DNA of 63,424 bases, filler included, from Squatina squatina (lineage: Eukaryota), in NCBI GenBank assembly GCA_031763465.1. It is 4 parts of 3 records of this genome, joined end to end, with 100 filler letters (N's around TTAATTAATTAA, not from the genome) between each part and the next. Parts side by side here need not be neighbours in the genome. Positions count along the whole stretch, not along the records: positions 1 to 15,260 come from JARFOE010000115.1; 3 more parts are not named here. One strand, 5' to 3'. This document shows positions 1-13,140 of the stretch, piece by piece (the stretch's first letter is position 1; each line of letters starts with the position of its first letter). A program made the position numbers and the translations under genes. The notes under the pieces were generated by a model that was given only the letters and a program-made list of their open reading frames with translations, was not told the origin of the DNA and ran no database searches.

Positions 1-2446
1 GCTCAGCAATGTCCAACTCCCACAAAGTCACGGGCGAGGGAAAGACGAACCTGTACCTCAATGGCACAAGACATTGAAGCATTAAAATGCTGTGCCACTG
101 TGCCATCCTTATTCCAAGGATAAGATGAGATGCGCATGTTCTCATGTCCAAACCTTTATTTATGTTTCCAGCACACCAACACTAATTATCACTTTAAGCA
201 ATTCACAATCTAAAACTTTCCAATACTATTAATTGTACGACATTGTTCCATACAATCACATCTAGAGTAAGCAAGGTTTATGATATAAATGCCTTAAGCA
301 TGGCAAGCCATTTCTTTAAAATAATCACATTTTACTTTAACTACTGGAATTATTGTGTAAGTGTGTCAAATAATCATCTGGAATTTATTCGCCTATCAGC
401 TAATTGGTTATAAAATACAACCAAACGCCTTAATAAGACCACCTCCAATTACGCCACAGCTGGCCAATTGGAAAATTAAAAATTCAATTATTCAGGAACT
501 TAAATGCGTCAAAATGGACATTACTATAATCTCAGCTTTCAGCTCAGTTTTGTATTTTATAAACCAATATTTTCTGATTATATCCTCACGCCATAGCTGC
601 AATGACAATGTTCTTCTCCACCTGGGTTAGGCTGAAGACCACTACTACAAGTCTGCAAGAGACAAGCTTTCACGTTGTGGGATCGGACTTTCCCTTACCG
701 CCACCCGAACAATCAGATAGCGCTGTTCAAAATGGTCTTGCTGAGTTCTGACCAAAATTGCATATTCAGAGAAAGTAGAATTTGAAGCCCAACCAAACTT
801 GTGAACAAAACTCCACCACACCACCTCGAGCACTGCTGTGCCTCCTCAGGGCTCTGCAGGTTGTGGGTGACAAATGGAGTCAGTGCCTGCAGTGGGCTGC
901 AATATGACTGCGGACATTCCCTCGAGCCAAATCCATTTAGGCTACTTGGATTGATTAATGAAGTTGACAGCCAAGGAAGATGAATATTTTCCACCCTTAC
1001 GTATGTAATTAATCCTGAAATTACCACCATGACTTTTGGATTTGTATAAAATATTGATTTCTTAGTTATGTTTCGACCTCTGGGACCGTAACTTAAATAT
1101 TAATTAGTAGTTTGTCAAATTACAGAGATAATTTATGGAAATAAATACAATTAGGAGAAATCATCCTTAACTGCACTGTGGTTTGCTGCTATGATGTATT
1201 GTGCCCACCCCTCTTTTGTAAAAACAGGGAAGGAAGAAAAATACTGAATCAAAGCAATAACTGCTGAATAACACTCCTTTCCTGTTAATCATTGGGTTAA
1301 TTGTCAGATACTAGTAGAGTGCGCACTGGAAACTGGAGAGGGTTCAGAATTTTATGGTTTCAAATATTTCACTCTAAATGCAAGCGTCAGAAATAATTNN
1401 NNNNNNNNNNNNNNNNNNNNNNNNNNNNNNNNNNNNNNNNNNNNNNNNNNNNNNNNNNNNNNNNNNNNNNNNNNNNNNNNNNNNNNNNNNNNNNNNNNTT
1501 TTCTGAAGAATGACATTTAAACATTAATTCCCTCAACAGGCTTACAGATAGCACTAATTCTTTTAGGGAAGCCACTGTGATAAAATAAACCAGCTCTTTT
1601 AAAGATACAGGAACATACAGAACAGAACTTTCCAGTAACAGCTTTTCACTCCCTCTGGATTACAAGACAAATTTTTAGCATCTGGCAGCAGCTGACAATA
1701 TCCTGTTAATTTTCTTCACCTCACGTCTCCCTCGCCAGATAAACGAGGGCATTATCACTGTTTAATATAAGTTTTAATTGAATACTGCACTAATGGGAAG
1801 AAACTGCAGAACTGTTAGTTTCCACATCAAACAAAGCAGGTAATTAACAGCTATTCTGGCACTTTCCCTTATCAGTGGAATACACAGCACTGCTAAATTC
1901 TCTCAATGCCAATGTTGTGCTACAGCAAAGCAGAACTGACATTTCAGGGTCACATTCATTCATTCCTTTACTATACAGCCACAAATTTACTGCTCACTCA
2001 GATGCCTATAATTAAATAGAATATAATCTTAATATTCAGCACCATCCTGTTCCTTTTCGTAAGATGATTACTTTACTTAGCAAAGTTTAAAACAGCCCTG
2101 GATTGTCTGGTTCTCATTACAATCAGAGATGCAAATATGTCGAAAAGAGCAGCTTTTTAACAATGTCAGAATGCATGCACTCAACTCCATTCATTCTCTG
2201 CATATAGCATCTCATTACATGCCCAATAATTCCTCTGCCATACCATAGGAAAAAGTAAAGATACCTCATATTATTGGAATCCGGTTTTTACTTTGTGCCA
2301 GTAAGAATCTGGATAGAATCCCATTTTCCTTTGCCAGCACTGGGCAACGGACATCATGCAATTGCAGTTAAAATGACAAGCACTTACCCAGTTTCGAGAC
2401 CTCTTCCCATAAACATGAATTAGATTCTGGGCCATTNNNNNNNNNN

Positions 2447-2550
2447 TTCGCGCCCGTGAGGTTTTTTGACAACTCACTAAACAAATTTACATTTGACCCG
2501 GCGCGGCCCGGCCCGGCCCAGCCGTACCGACGCAATTCGGAAGCTAATAG
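2447..2550. mobile_element. CpG-rich end of a probable non-autonomous DNA transposon, truncated at a 10-N gap
   Basis: Abrupt GC/CpG-rich patch (GACCCGGCGCGGCCCGGCCCGGCCCAGCC) in an AT-rich background; family not recognised. Confidence 0.3.
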
Positions 2551-5370
2551 CTTTGCAACCACTGCTTCGATTGAGATTGAGTTTTCACCATTGGATAGGT
2601 CCATCAAACCAATTTTGTTTTTGGTGAGGTGGGGGTGTTGATGGAGTCAAATTTGAAGCTAAACTTGTAGGCCACCGAAACATATTCACCCAACAGTCAC
2701 AATGACAACTGAAAGTGCGCAATTGTGAAGCAGAAACTGAGCACATAATTCAATCATTTGCCTCCTGGACATCACTGAGATTAACAGAAGTCGACATTTA
2801 AGGAACCACTCAATTATGCCCCATGCCCAACAAGAAATGCCTGCAAGTCAAGTTTTCACATTTAAAATAGCTGTAAATCTATAGTAAATTCAGATAGATT
2901 TAGTCAAATGATAGCTGTTAAAAAAAATGGTCTGGGAACCTGCCCAGCGCACAGAATGAAAATCTTTTAGTTAGCCAATAGGAGTCTGAAAGAAAACAAA
3001 TTTGGGCAATATCAACTCAGCTCTCAGCACAAGGCTCCAAACAGAAGCTGCCATTAATTGAGCATTACTTGGCATTAAATTGTAAGGGCCTCACGAAGAA
3101 AAACTGCAACGGNNNNNNNNNNNNNNNNNNNNNNNNNNNNNNNNNNNNNNNNNNNNNNNNNNNNNNNNNNNNNNNNNNNNNNNNNNNNNNNNNNNNNNNN
3201 NNNNNNNNNNNNTTTTTCCCCTCAAACAAAGATGTTACATTGGCAACCTTCCAGTTATCTTGCACACGACTTCCTGCATCAGAATTCCCTACTTTTACCA
3301 TCAGAGGACAATATTTTTTAAAAATCAGCCACACCTTACATACTTGTTTCGATGACAGATTAATTAAATAAAAAAAAATGTAAATAATATAACCAGGCAC
3401 AGTTTCTTTTTGGCACATTTAATTTCATCACCACTTTTTTTTTTAAAGTGATGCTGCTTAGATTCTCTGTTACCTGCAAATACACTAAAGGTCTTAGATG
3501 TACACATTTCTGTATATTGGGCATTATCGATTGACAGGGCTGGCATCATTCCTTGGCAGGGGGATTAGGTGGACCTAAAGAGTTGGGTCAAGAGGTTCAG
3601 TGGGATTGAGCGGTGTGTGACCTCCCCAGTATGGGTTTGGCAGTGGGTAGGGGCGCAGTAGGTACTGGGACCTGTCCGCTCATCATTTGATCCTAGACTC
3701 GATCCAATTGCAATGGCTTGGAGTGAGATGGTGAGTGAAGTATGTCCAAAGGAGGTACGCCCACACTTCATGATGCTCTGATTGGCAAATTCCCAAAAGG
3801 TGGTTTGTTCAAGTTTATTAAGAAAGGTATTGGGGTTGCAACACAGCAGGAGGAATGGGTCTTTTTGTTGCTAAGACCAAAACTGTAAGCAGTGAATATT
3901 TCTTGCTCTGCTGGCAATAGGGCGAGTCGTTGCTGAACAGAGTGCGCAGTGGGACTGTAGAATGGCATCCCATGCACAGCTGGAGGTTTTCAGGGGAAAC
4001 CTTGTTCAAACTAAAAAAAAAACTTTCCCACCATCTCTTTTCTTTCTGCCCCCTCCCCAATGGGCAACCCAATGGTTGAGGCAGATTGAGCTGAATTTCA
4101 GAGACTCAGCAAGTGCCTCCACTAATAGCAAGGCACCAGGATCATTGTAGGGATATGGAAGTATATCAAATTAATGGTTTAGAATTAACAGAAGATAACA
4201 TTAAATTAAAATTATAAAACTGAGATTAGGAGTGAAAATATTATTTAATCTGATGGTGCCCACTGGGTATGGGAGGCTCTTAATGACCTTGTAGATACCA
4301 CATAGTAACATTTTAAGAAAGCAATGCTCCCAAAAAATAAACTCAGTCCCAGGGACACTGGGGCTAACCTCCCAGAAGTGGGTGACAGGTAAGGAGCCTG
4401 TGGCCAGAGATTACAAGCGCCAAATCAAAAGAAAGATGAAACGACTGTGAAAATTAGGTCTCAGATGTTAGATATGTACCTAGAGTAAGCCAGTTTTAAT
4501 CGGATTTTTAGCGTAGAAGCTACTCCTTGCAAGACAGTGCAACAAAGACTCTGTTTTTACTGTTACAATAATCATGCTAATGAAATACATTTTAAATTGC
4601 TGTCAAAGAAAAAGAAAAGTGGAATTCATTCTAGGGATTGGCGCTTAAAAGAATAACTATCATTGAAAAGTGGCTATAATAGAAGGGTTGCAGTTGAAAT
4701 GCACAAGCATTGCTCACTTTTGATTCAGCAAGGAGCTCCAGGACAGTCACAAGGAAATGGCTCATATTTACTCAATTATTGAAAAACGTGTCCTAAGCTC
4801 AGCACTTTCGGTTCTACAATTTCCTCGCAATGTCAGCATTTCAAGTGATTTCAGCTGGCTGGAAAAAAAACAAATGCTCTTCCTTCCTGTGTTGGTAATT
4901 ATAGTTTTCTTCCTCTCAGCCAGCCCCTGCTGTTCCAACCTCACTGTCTGCACAATGGTGGCCTTGATAGGGAAACACACAAAGCTTATGAGAACTGCAT
5001 TGCTCCAAATCCAGTTGCTCTGCTGGTGAGATGGTCAGTTTGCCACACCAGGGTCCACGCTGCGCACATCAGATTTCCTGCAGGCAGTGCACTTACTCCC
5101 CAACATCAGACCTTATGATCAATTTGATGCATGTTACTGGAGAGCTGGTTCCACAGTACTGAAAAGTGCTGAAGTGAGAAGCAGCAGAAAAGCTATGGAT
5201 TGGCAACTAGCTCAAAGAACAGTGGTCTTTGCCATTTCCGGTCTGGGTGCTGTCAAGCAAAATTGTTTTGCAGGAAGATGTCAAACTGTCACAGCTGCTA
5301 TGATCACTTTATAGCACATCCCACAAATCTGTGTAGAGAAGCAAGTGATCCTCCCAGGGAAAAACAAATA

Positions 5371-5580
5371 CAGTAACAGCTTTGTTATCTGGCATCCACG
5401 GGACCCGAGAGGTGCCGGTTTATCAAATATGCCGGTTAATAGAGACATCCCTGGAGTTCCTGATTACCATGCTTTGCAGGGTCTCTGTGTCACATAAGGG
5501 GTGAATCAGCAATCCCACTTCCATGAGGGAGCCACATTGACAGAGAGTCCCCAATTACAATAATTTTAAATACAGTATGC
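5371..5580 (+). mobile_element. Tigger/pogo-like (Tc1-mariner) terminal fragment
   Basis: TA followed by CAGTAACAGCTTTGTTATCTGGCA...GTGCCGGTTTATC, which resembles Tigger-type termini; no partner TIR seen. Confidence 0.4.
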
Positions 5581-7907
5581 ATTGGCTCAAATCTGAACCT
5601 TAACGTTTCCATGAGATATAATTCATGAGGCTAATTCCACATTTTCCATTTACTTGCATATTCTGATTACATGGTATTGGTTGCTGCACAACGCTATGAA
5701 CTTTTTCTGAAAGTGTAGANNNNNNNNNNNNNNNNNNNNNNNNNNNNNNNNNNNNNNNNNNNNNNNNNNNNNNNNNNNNNNNNNNNNNNNNNNNNNNNNN
5801 NNNNNNNNNNNNNNNNNNNCTGGGGAGGGCGGGGGGGAGGGTGGCAGTTAAAATGACGCCAATCACTTACCCCCCCCCTCTGATTCCACTGCCTTGTAAT
5901 GGGCAAGGAGGGCACCCGGGGTTCTTCTTTAAATATGCCAAAATCTATGCTATAATGTCAATTATTATGATATTGTTGAAGCTGGTAAGAAATCTTTTGT
6001 TGTTGACTCAGAGAATGCAAACGTCACATTGATGCAGTCATGGGCACTGCTGTAAGGTTGGATGTGAGGCCCATCGTTGATCCAGAGACAGCATTGAATA
6101 TTTGCAGCTGACTGACTGTGTGTCATCGACACTGGCAGTAATTTGTACCAACACAGTTCCACTCCCCAGCATCAACACCTCCCCAATACAAAAATAGAGT
6201 GAAATAAAATCTTACCATACCATTAAGATAGGTATCCAAAGGATAAAAACTACAGTGTCTGGGTTGAAAAGGCCAAACCTAATTTTAGTGTTAGTGAAGT
6301 ATGTTTTGTAGAATGGCCTCTCCTGTGGCCTCAGAGTCCTGCTAGTACAATCCTGCACAAAACATTAACTGTGTAAGTTCCCTGATCAGCCTAATAGTTC
6401 AACTCTCCTTCCTTGCAGTTCCACTGGTACAATGCAAGAGAATAAAGCAAACCTATCTGACGGTCAAATTTTCAGCCTGAGTAACTTTTCAGGTCTAATT
6501 GAAGAAATACAGGAATCAACTTGACAGAACTACAATAAAAGTTTATTTTAAAAGTTTATTTTAAAAGTTCAGTGCTCCTCCCTGCATGACTCTTGTTGCT
6601 TCTGGCTCATGCATAAACGACATGTAAATGTCAGGATTGAATCTTTCTTTCCCCATTAATCAGTTTCAAATCAGTCTGTGACTCAGCAACACTTCATCTC
6701 AACTCACCCGGAAAAGCTCTATGCTGTGTACTGTAACCAAGATAGCGGCTTTCATCCTTGGCCTATTTTATACCCTGCAATAGTCGACTTCTCAGACCAT
6801 ATTACTGCAAGGTCCAGCAGAGTTAATGAAACCAGTCCGCAATAGAGTCAAGCAGACAATCCAATTTATTATTCTGCATCAAAACACTACTTCACAGCCC
6901 TAAAACACATCTAACTGTTGCTGCCACCGCATACAGGAACAGGAAAAGAAAAAACACTTTAAATATTAGGCATCATGCCATTACTATGAGATCTTGCTCA
7001 CCTAATAAGTATATTAGATGCATATAATTAAAATAAACTGTGTTTTTAAAGGACACCAACTTTGGGAACATTTGGTTGACAAAGAAATATGGGCTGCTTA
7101 TGTCAATTTCAAGCACCATGTTACAGAACATTCCATTTCAGGATTCTGCCATATCATAAGCTTGCAAATAAAAAGCGCGACAAACACGTCAGCGTGACAA
7201 CCACGCTCCTGAAAAAATGTTTTAAAAGGTTGGCTCAATTTTTCAAAATGCTGTGCTATCTGTAGCCAGTGTTGATCAACAAGAGTCAATTGATCCTAAG
7301 TATTCCCCTTGCTGCCTCTGGAATGGAAGCATTGCATACTCAGAGCTTGTGTGAGTTTACTGCTGTCAGCTCTCACTTAAATCTTCTTCACTGGCTCAAA
7401 TACAGTAGCAGCATTTACTAGTTATGTTTGTACATCTACCAGGACTATGCCATTAGCAACATAAATACAAGAAAAAAAAATTAAAAGCAACCACACAGAA
7501 CCACAGCAATTATTTTCAAAATATTTCCACATACTGATATGTCTTTTCAAATCATATCTTTTTAATTGAAACAAANNNNNNNNNNNNNNNNNNNNNNNNN
7601 NNNNNNNNNNNNNNNNNNNNNNNNNNNNNNNNNNNNNNNNNNNNNNNNNNNNNNNNNNNNNNNNNNNNNNNNNNNACATATGGCATTAAGTCTCACACGT
7701 TGAACTATTTGGGCATACTCTCATTTTGACAACAAATGACAGGAGCTGCCATTGGAAATGGAAGGACCAAAGATTGCATATTCATTCCAATTTGGGCAAG
7801 AACAGTGTCCACATGAAGCTATCTTGAACCAATATGAAGAATTAACATGTGCATATTTGTACGACAGAAAATGTCATTTCAAAGCCATCCAGTTACATCA
7901 GACTCAC

Positions 7908-8024
7908 CTTCTTCTTGTCCCTCATTGAGCCCTTTCCTCGCACCATAATCTTGCATCCTGTCTCTGCTTCCAGCTGTTTTGCTGTTAGCCCCCTGGGTCC
8001 AAGAATTCTTCCAACAAAGTTGAA
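7908..8024 (-). CDS. QKI: Quaking KH-domain RNA-binding protein, internal exon ([39 protein letters not shown])
   Basis: 117-bp phase 0/0 exon; polypyrimidine tract + TAG acceptor, GTGAGT donor; translation matches the QKI STAR/KH core as recalled (GPRG loop). Exact QKI paralogue not resolvable. Confidence 0.95.
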
Positions 8025-11000
8025 CTAAATAGTTAAGAGAAAAAAAATACATGACTAAAATCCTTTGAATGAGAAGTTGATATCTTTGTAAGTGTTTCAT
8101 TGATAATCATAAAAAAGTTCACTTTTTATTAAGGAACTGCTACAAGTATTAAAATTAAGCATTGTATTCTGGCAATGAGGAGATCTTCTGAAATAATTCA
8201 GATCTGCAGCTGTGTAATAGGGTNNNNNNNNNNNNNNNNNNNNNNNNNNNNNNNNNNNNNNNNNNNNNNNNNNNNNNNNNNNNNNNNNNNNNNNNNNNNN
8301 NNNNNNNNNNNNNNNNNNNNNNNTTGTCAATGAGTCTTGGTGCACAAGAAGTCGTCAGTCGGGAGATACATCAGAAAGCAGCTGGTGCCTGTGGAACTGT
8401 ATTAAGCAAGATAATTCGTGCCTTCAGGAGATTAGTCGGTGAGGGGGAATATTTGCAAAGGGGAAAAAGTAACAGGCATCCTCTGGTCGCTCATACACAG
8501 TTCCGAGCAGCCAGCTTGGTGCAACACTGGCAGAAACCTGTGACTATGACGCCCACTTGCCCTGTTTGTAATAGATGCTCAGTCATCCTGGGAGGGGATA
8601 GATGGCAGGAAAAATTGCCAGAAATTGGTTCATTTAAAAGACACTAATTTTGTATAATAGTTACATTACCAACATAGATCTTCCACTCGGAATGTCAATT
8701 TTAGGCATCAAACATCAACAAAACGTTAAAAAGAATGGGCCATTAAATGCCAGACTTGATTTAGTAGGGAATAGGACAAGCACAAAAGGCTGTGAGAGCT
8801 CACTTGTCAACCTGTTCAGCTTGCAATTCAATCATTGGTTTGAATCCCATGGAGGTTTGTTCGGCCATCCATCCTCAAAGTTAGTGAAATGTGCCTGACC
8901 AGTCGAGGAAAATAAGGGGCATACCGACACTGGCCAATTGATTATGGATCATGGAAACCTGTCAAGTGCACCCTTGGCAGAAGGCAAAGGAACTAAAGCT
9001 GAGCACCACCCACAGTAGCTTGTTAAATCATTTGGAAATCATTTTTGCAGTGAATACCACAGCAAAAGCACATGTGTTGATATACATGGAGAGCTTAAAC
9101 TAGAGGTGGAGCAAAAAACAAACAAGAATTTTATCCTCAGGGTACCAAGTGTCAAGCAGCCAAGGTACTGACTTCTATTTGTCTCTGCACTTTGAAGGTT
9201 TGTGTTTTAAAGAGATTCTTGTTCAGATTTTGGTCGATCCCAGGTATCTCCTTTCACGACAAATATCAATTCACACTAAAGTTATGCGATATTATAAACA
9301 AAAGCAAAGCCAGTGAGACACCTTCAAAGATTCATATAATTGGCACAGTCATCACATCACTAAATATCAAGTTTGAGCATGGAAGGAAACTGAACATTAC
9401 ATTTAGAATCTTACTTTACACCTACTTAATAAACCATTTATGGTGTAATAATCAGCCACACAATTTAGAAAATCAGTTCTGAAATTTTTTTTTGAAAACC
9501 ATCATATTGGGAGAGTTAAAGTTGTACATTATATAAAAGGAAACTATTATTTCTAGGTATGACTGAAATGAAACTATCCCTTTAAAAATGCTACTGTAGC
9601 TTAGCTGCAAAGGGCACACTAAGATGATCTGTGGCTTGGCTGCGTTGATGAAACCATAAATTTCAAAATGGTCTAGTTACAGGATTAGGTAACATTTTGA
9701 TTAAGTTAAATGCCAAACTTGTTATTTCAGATGATAAACTGTTTATGAATTACTGAAGCTCTTGCATCACAAGAAGCTGCTGTCATGATTGCCGTTTGGG
9801 CTGTCAAGAGTGGTCAAAATAGAAGCATTGTCTAGGCCACTAGTTGTCCTTCCAAAAATGTTTGACCTTAGCTGTCGTAATACTCTAATACGCCTATCAG
9901 CTGCTCACTAGGAGCATAATGCATTCTCTTCCTTTTTCAGGCTCTTCTATCCCCAACAGCATGGCACAGTCCTGCCGGTGGAAAATTATTAAACCTNNNN
10001 NNNNNNNNNNNNNNNNNNNNNNNNNNNNNNNNNNNNNNNNNNNNNNNNNNNNNNNNNNNNNNNNNNNNNNNNNNNNNNNNNNNNNNNNNNNNNNNNCAGT
10101 CTGGGTCTGCCACACATCTCGGGTGTCTGAATTTCATAAGGCTACTAAAGTCTTGTGAACTGTTCATACCACGCTGTTAAATTCAGTGAATTAAATCAAT
10201 GGGAGCCTCATGAAACTAAGAAAGCAGAGTATTGATGTTATTAATAATACATGGCAGCCACAAATTTAATACATTCAAAATAGTGCAATAGTAAACACAA
10301 CATATTTGTGTTTATTAAAATGTTATTAAATTACCATTTTCTCCTATATACAGAGATTCTATTTTAACTTTTGTCAACTTCATTTTTATAGCCTTATGAT
10401 TCTATCCCAAATCAGTAGTATGGTGAACTGACAGTCTGACTGGCATTTTGAGTACAATTTAAATGAGTTTTTTACCAAAATTAAATAGACATGACATTTC
10501 AAGATGAAAGTAAACATCAAGTGGTAGAGTTTCCGCTTTGGTTGCAATCAGCAATCCGGGCGCAAATTGAGCTCAAAATTGCACTCATTTTAAGCAGTGA
10601 TTTTCTTTGAGTTCCTGCTCAAATTTATTTACATATCGCTGATCATAAAATCGTCCACGAACCAGCGCAATTGGGCAGCTTTTTAGAACTTTAAAAAAAA
10701 ATTTTGTTTTTAAAAAAAAGTATTCCTTGATAATATTTAAGAGTGATGATTTGGTGCAGTTTGATTTAATACAGCTGGAAACGGCTTATCACAAAAAATA
10801 AGCATTTTTAATCAAAGTCCACCAGCTATGAGTCAGTTGATTTTAAATAACTGAAAATGACTTTAAAAACTATAACTATACAGAACTTGTTGGTAGTTAC
10901 ATAGGTGTACAGTATTCTGTATTCTGTTTCTTAGTAAATTAAAAGTATATGTATATTAGAACAATGCAACTCCTGCCACACTGGCCAAACATGAAAAATG

Positions 11001-11141
11001 ACCAACAGAAAGAGTGGAGACCTGTACCTGCATCGGAGAACNNNNNNNNNNNNNNNNNNNNNNNNNNNNNNNNNNNNNNNNNNNNNNNNNNNNNNNNNNN
11101 NNNNNNNNNNNNNNNNNNNNNNNNNNNNNNNNNNNNNNNNN

Positions 11142-11360
11142 TCCTGGACAATATTTATCCATCAATCAACATAACAAAAACAAATTATCTGGTCATTATC
11201 ACATTGCTGTTTGCGGGAGCTTGCTGTGTGCAAATTGGCTGCCGCGTTTCCCACATTACAACAGTGACTACACTCCAAAAGTTCTTCATTGGCTGTAAAG
11301 CACTTCGAGACATCTGGTGATCATGAAAGGCGCATATTAAATGTAAGTCCTTTTTTCTTT
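11142..11360 (+). mobile_element. Deu-domain-type SINE (SacSINE1/AmnSINE-like), 3' part
   Basis: GATTATCTGGTCATT-like ATCACATTGCTGTTTGCGGGAGCTTGCTGTGTGCAAATTGGCTGCCGCGTTTCC block, ending in a GAAAGGCGC..TAAATG tail; degenerate copy at 30690-30910. Confidence 0.75.
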
Positions 11361-11414
11361 CTTTACAGCCGATGAAGTACTTTTGGAGTGTAGTCACTGT
11401 TGTAATGTAGGAAA
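11361..11414 (-). repeat. Inverted partial copy of the adjacent SINE (stem arm)
   Basis: Reverse complement matches 11247-11300 at 51/54 positions. Confidence 0.9.
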
Positions 11415-12739
11415 ATACAACGGCACTAGATTGTGAACAATCTGGGAGCCAGTCTGAATGATACCAAAGCACAGGAAAATTAATTCCATGGTTTTGTGGT
11501 TTCCCTTTTCCATGTCAACTTAATGTTTTCTTTTGAAATATGGGAATCCCTGTGGAGGTGGGTGCAATACTAATGTAATCAATGTTTTCATTTTTTTGAC
11601 AGTGCTCTGTTTGCTGACTACATGTGCAGAGATTTTTTTTAAATTCTCAACAATTTGCAGTACTGAATAACATTGGAATTAATTTTCCATAACGACAGGA
11701 GAGGCGACGTCTGCTCTTTAAACACTACCTCAGCAACAAAGAGTAAGCAGTATTATGCCAATACACGAAGGTCACACAAATTCTACACAAATCAACTTTT
11801 TTTATATCAAGCGGTAAAATGCTTGGCTCACCAAAAATTTGTCACGATGCTTACTCTGCCACTCTTTTGTCCTCCGCCTGTGGGACAAACAGTGCATTCA
11901 TGGGCAATGCCGTTTTTAATCTAATGCAGTCACTCAACCGAAACTTGCTTGCAACACAAAGCCCTGTGCTAATCTTGCTAGCCCCCAGCATAATTATCAT
12001 CATTATTATGAACCTTCCACGACTACTCTATTCATTGAGCTCAACAGAACATTTCACATTTCAGACCAAGAACAGAATTTTAAAAATTCAAGTAATTGAA
12101 TTTGCACAGAAATTAAGAATTCTTTATGCACATTTCATGGGAAAACTAGTAACTTTCATTTCTGAAACCAATACCAATCATGTCCCCAAGGATTATGAAG
12201 ACTATTTTAATAAAGTAGGGGGTGACAATTAAAACCTTCAGTTAATATTTCATAAAAAGACATTACATATAGAATTCCAGACTAAAGTACAGTACAATGG
12301 CATCCAAAAAACCTTCAAAGCAATTTGTACAGACAAATATTAAGAAAACAAAATATTTAATTACTATATAGTCAAGGTAAAGCATAGAACCCTGGGTGCT
12401 GCTCTATTCAGTATTCAAAACCTTAATTACTTCATTACCCAGGCACACAATGAAATGGTTAGTACTGCAATTTTCACAGTAGAACACTTCAAAGAAAACA
12501 TTTTCTAGGCTATGCTACTGTATCTTGTAGCAGTAAAAGTATATTTTTATGTATTGTAGAGATATTTCTCATTCTGTTGCTGCACATCGCTGTTGGAAAG
12601 TGGGAAACTGGGTCTGTTCAAGGTATAGACATCAGTAGTTAAGGAATGAAGGGTATAAGTACCCTGTTGCACTGTTGTTTATGGGTCAGTTACCAATAAT
12701 CACTCAATAAACAAAACCCCCATTATAAGGAAATGGTAA

Positions 12740-13140
12740 AGAAAAATGCAAATACTGGAGACACACAGCAGGTCAGTCAGTAATTGTAAAGAGAAAGACA
12801 GTATAACAATTCAGGCATGCAACCCTTCATGAAATGTGAAGGTTAAAAGATAAAAGATGAGATTTTAGTAAGGGAGGAAAAAATTGGGAATGAAAAAACA
12901 GAGGGCAAGGACTAGAGGGAGAGAAGCACCAAGCACCGAGAGGGAATAACAAATAACCTACCAACAACTTAGTAGAAAATGGTCAGATGATGGAAAAAGG
13001 AATTGGTGAGGTATTGGAGAAATGTTAAAAGGACAAAGGAATCTGTAACTGGTGTAGAGTGAAAAGACGTAAAACAGAAGGAAAAAAAGGGAAATGGAGA
13101 GAGGGATGGAAAAAAAGGTAGGCTACAAATGTTCCCAGGA
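12740..13140. mobile_element. Degenerate Penelope-like repeat terminus with purine-rich tract
   Basis: AAATACTGGAGACACACAGCAGGTCAGTCAG motif typical of chondrichthyan interspersed repeats; related pieces near 30965, 36720, 41272. Confidence 0.4.

Noticed and set aside
3565-3771. Pro-rich minus-strand stretch as the QKI C-terminal exon
   Set aside because: Does not match the QKI Pro/Tyr-rich tail; the most Pro-rich frame is short and closed by stops
6535-6570. 13-bp tandem duplication (TAAAAGTTTATTT)
   Set aside because: Ordinary slippage in AT-rich DNA
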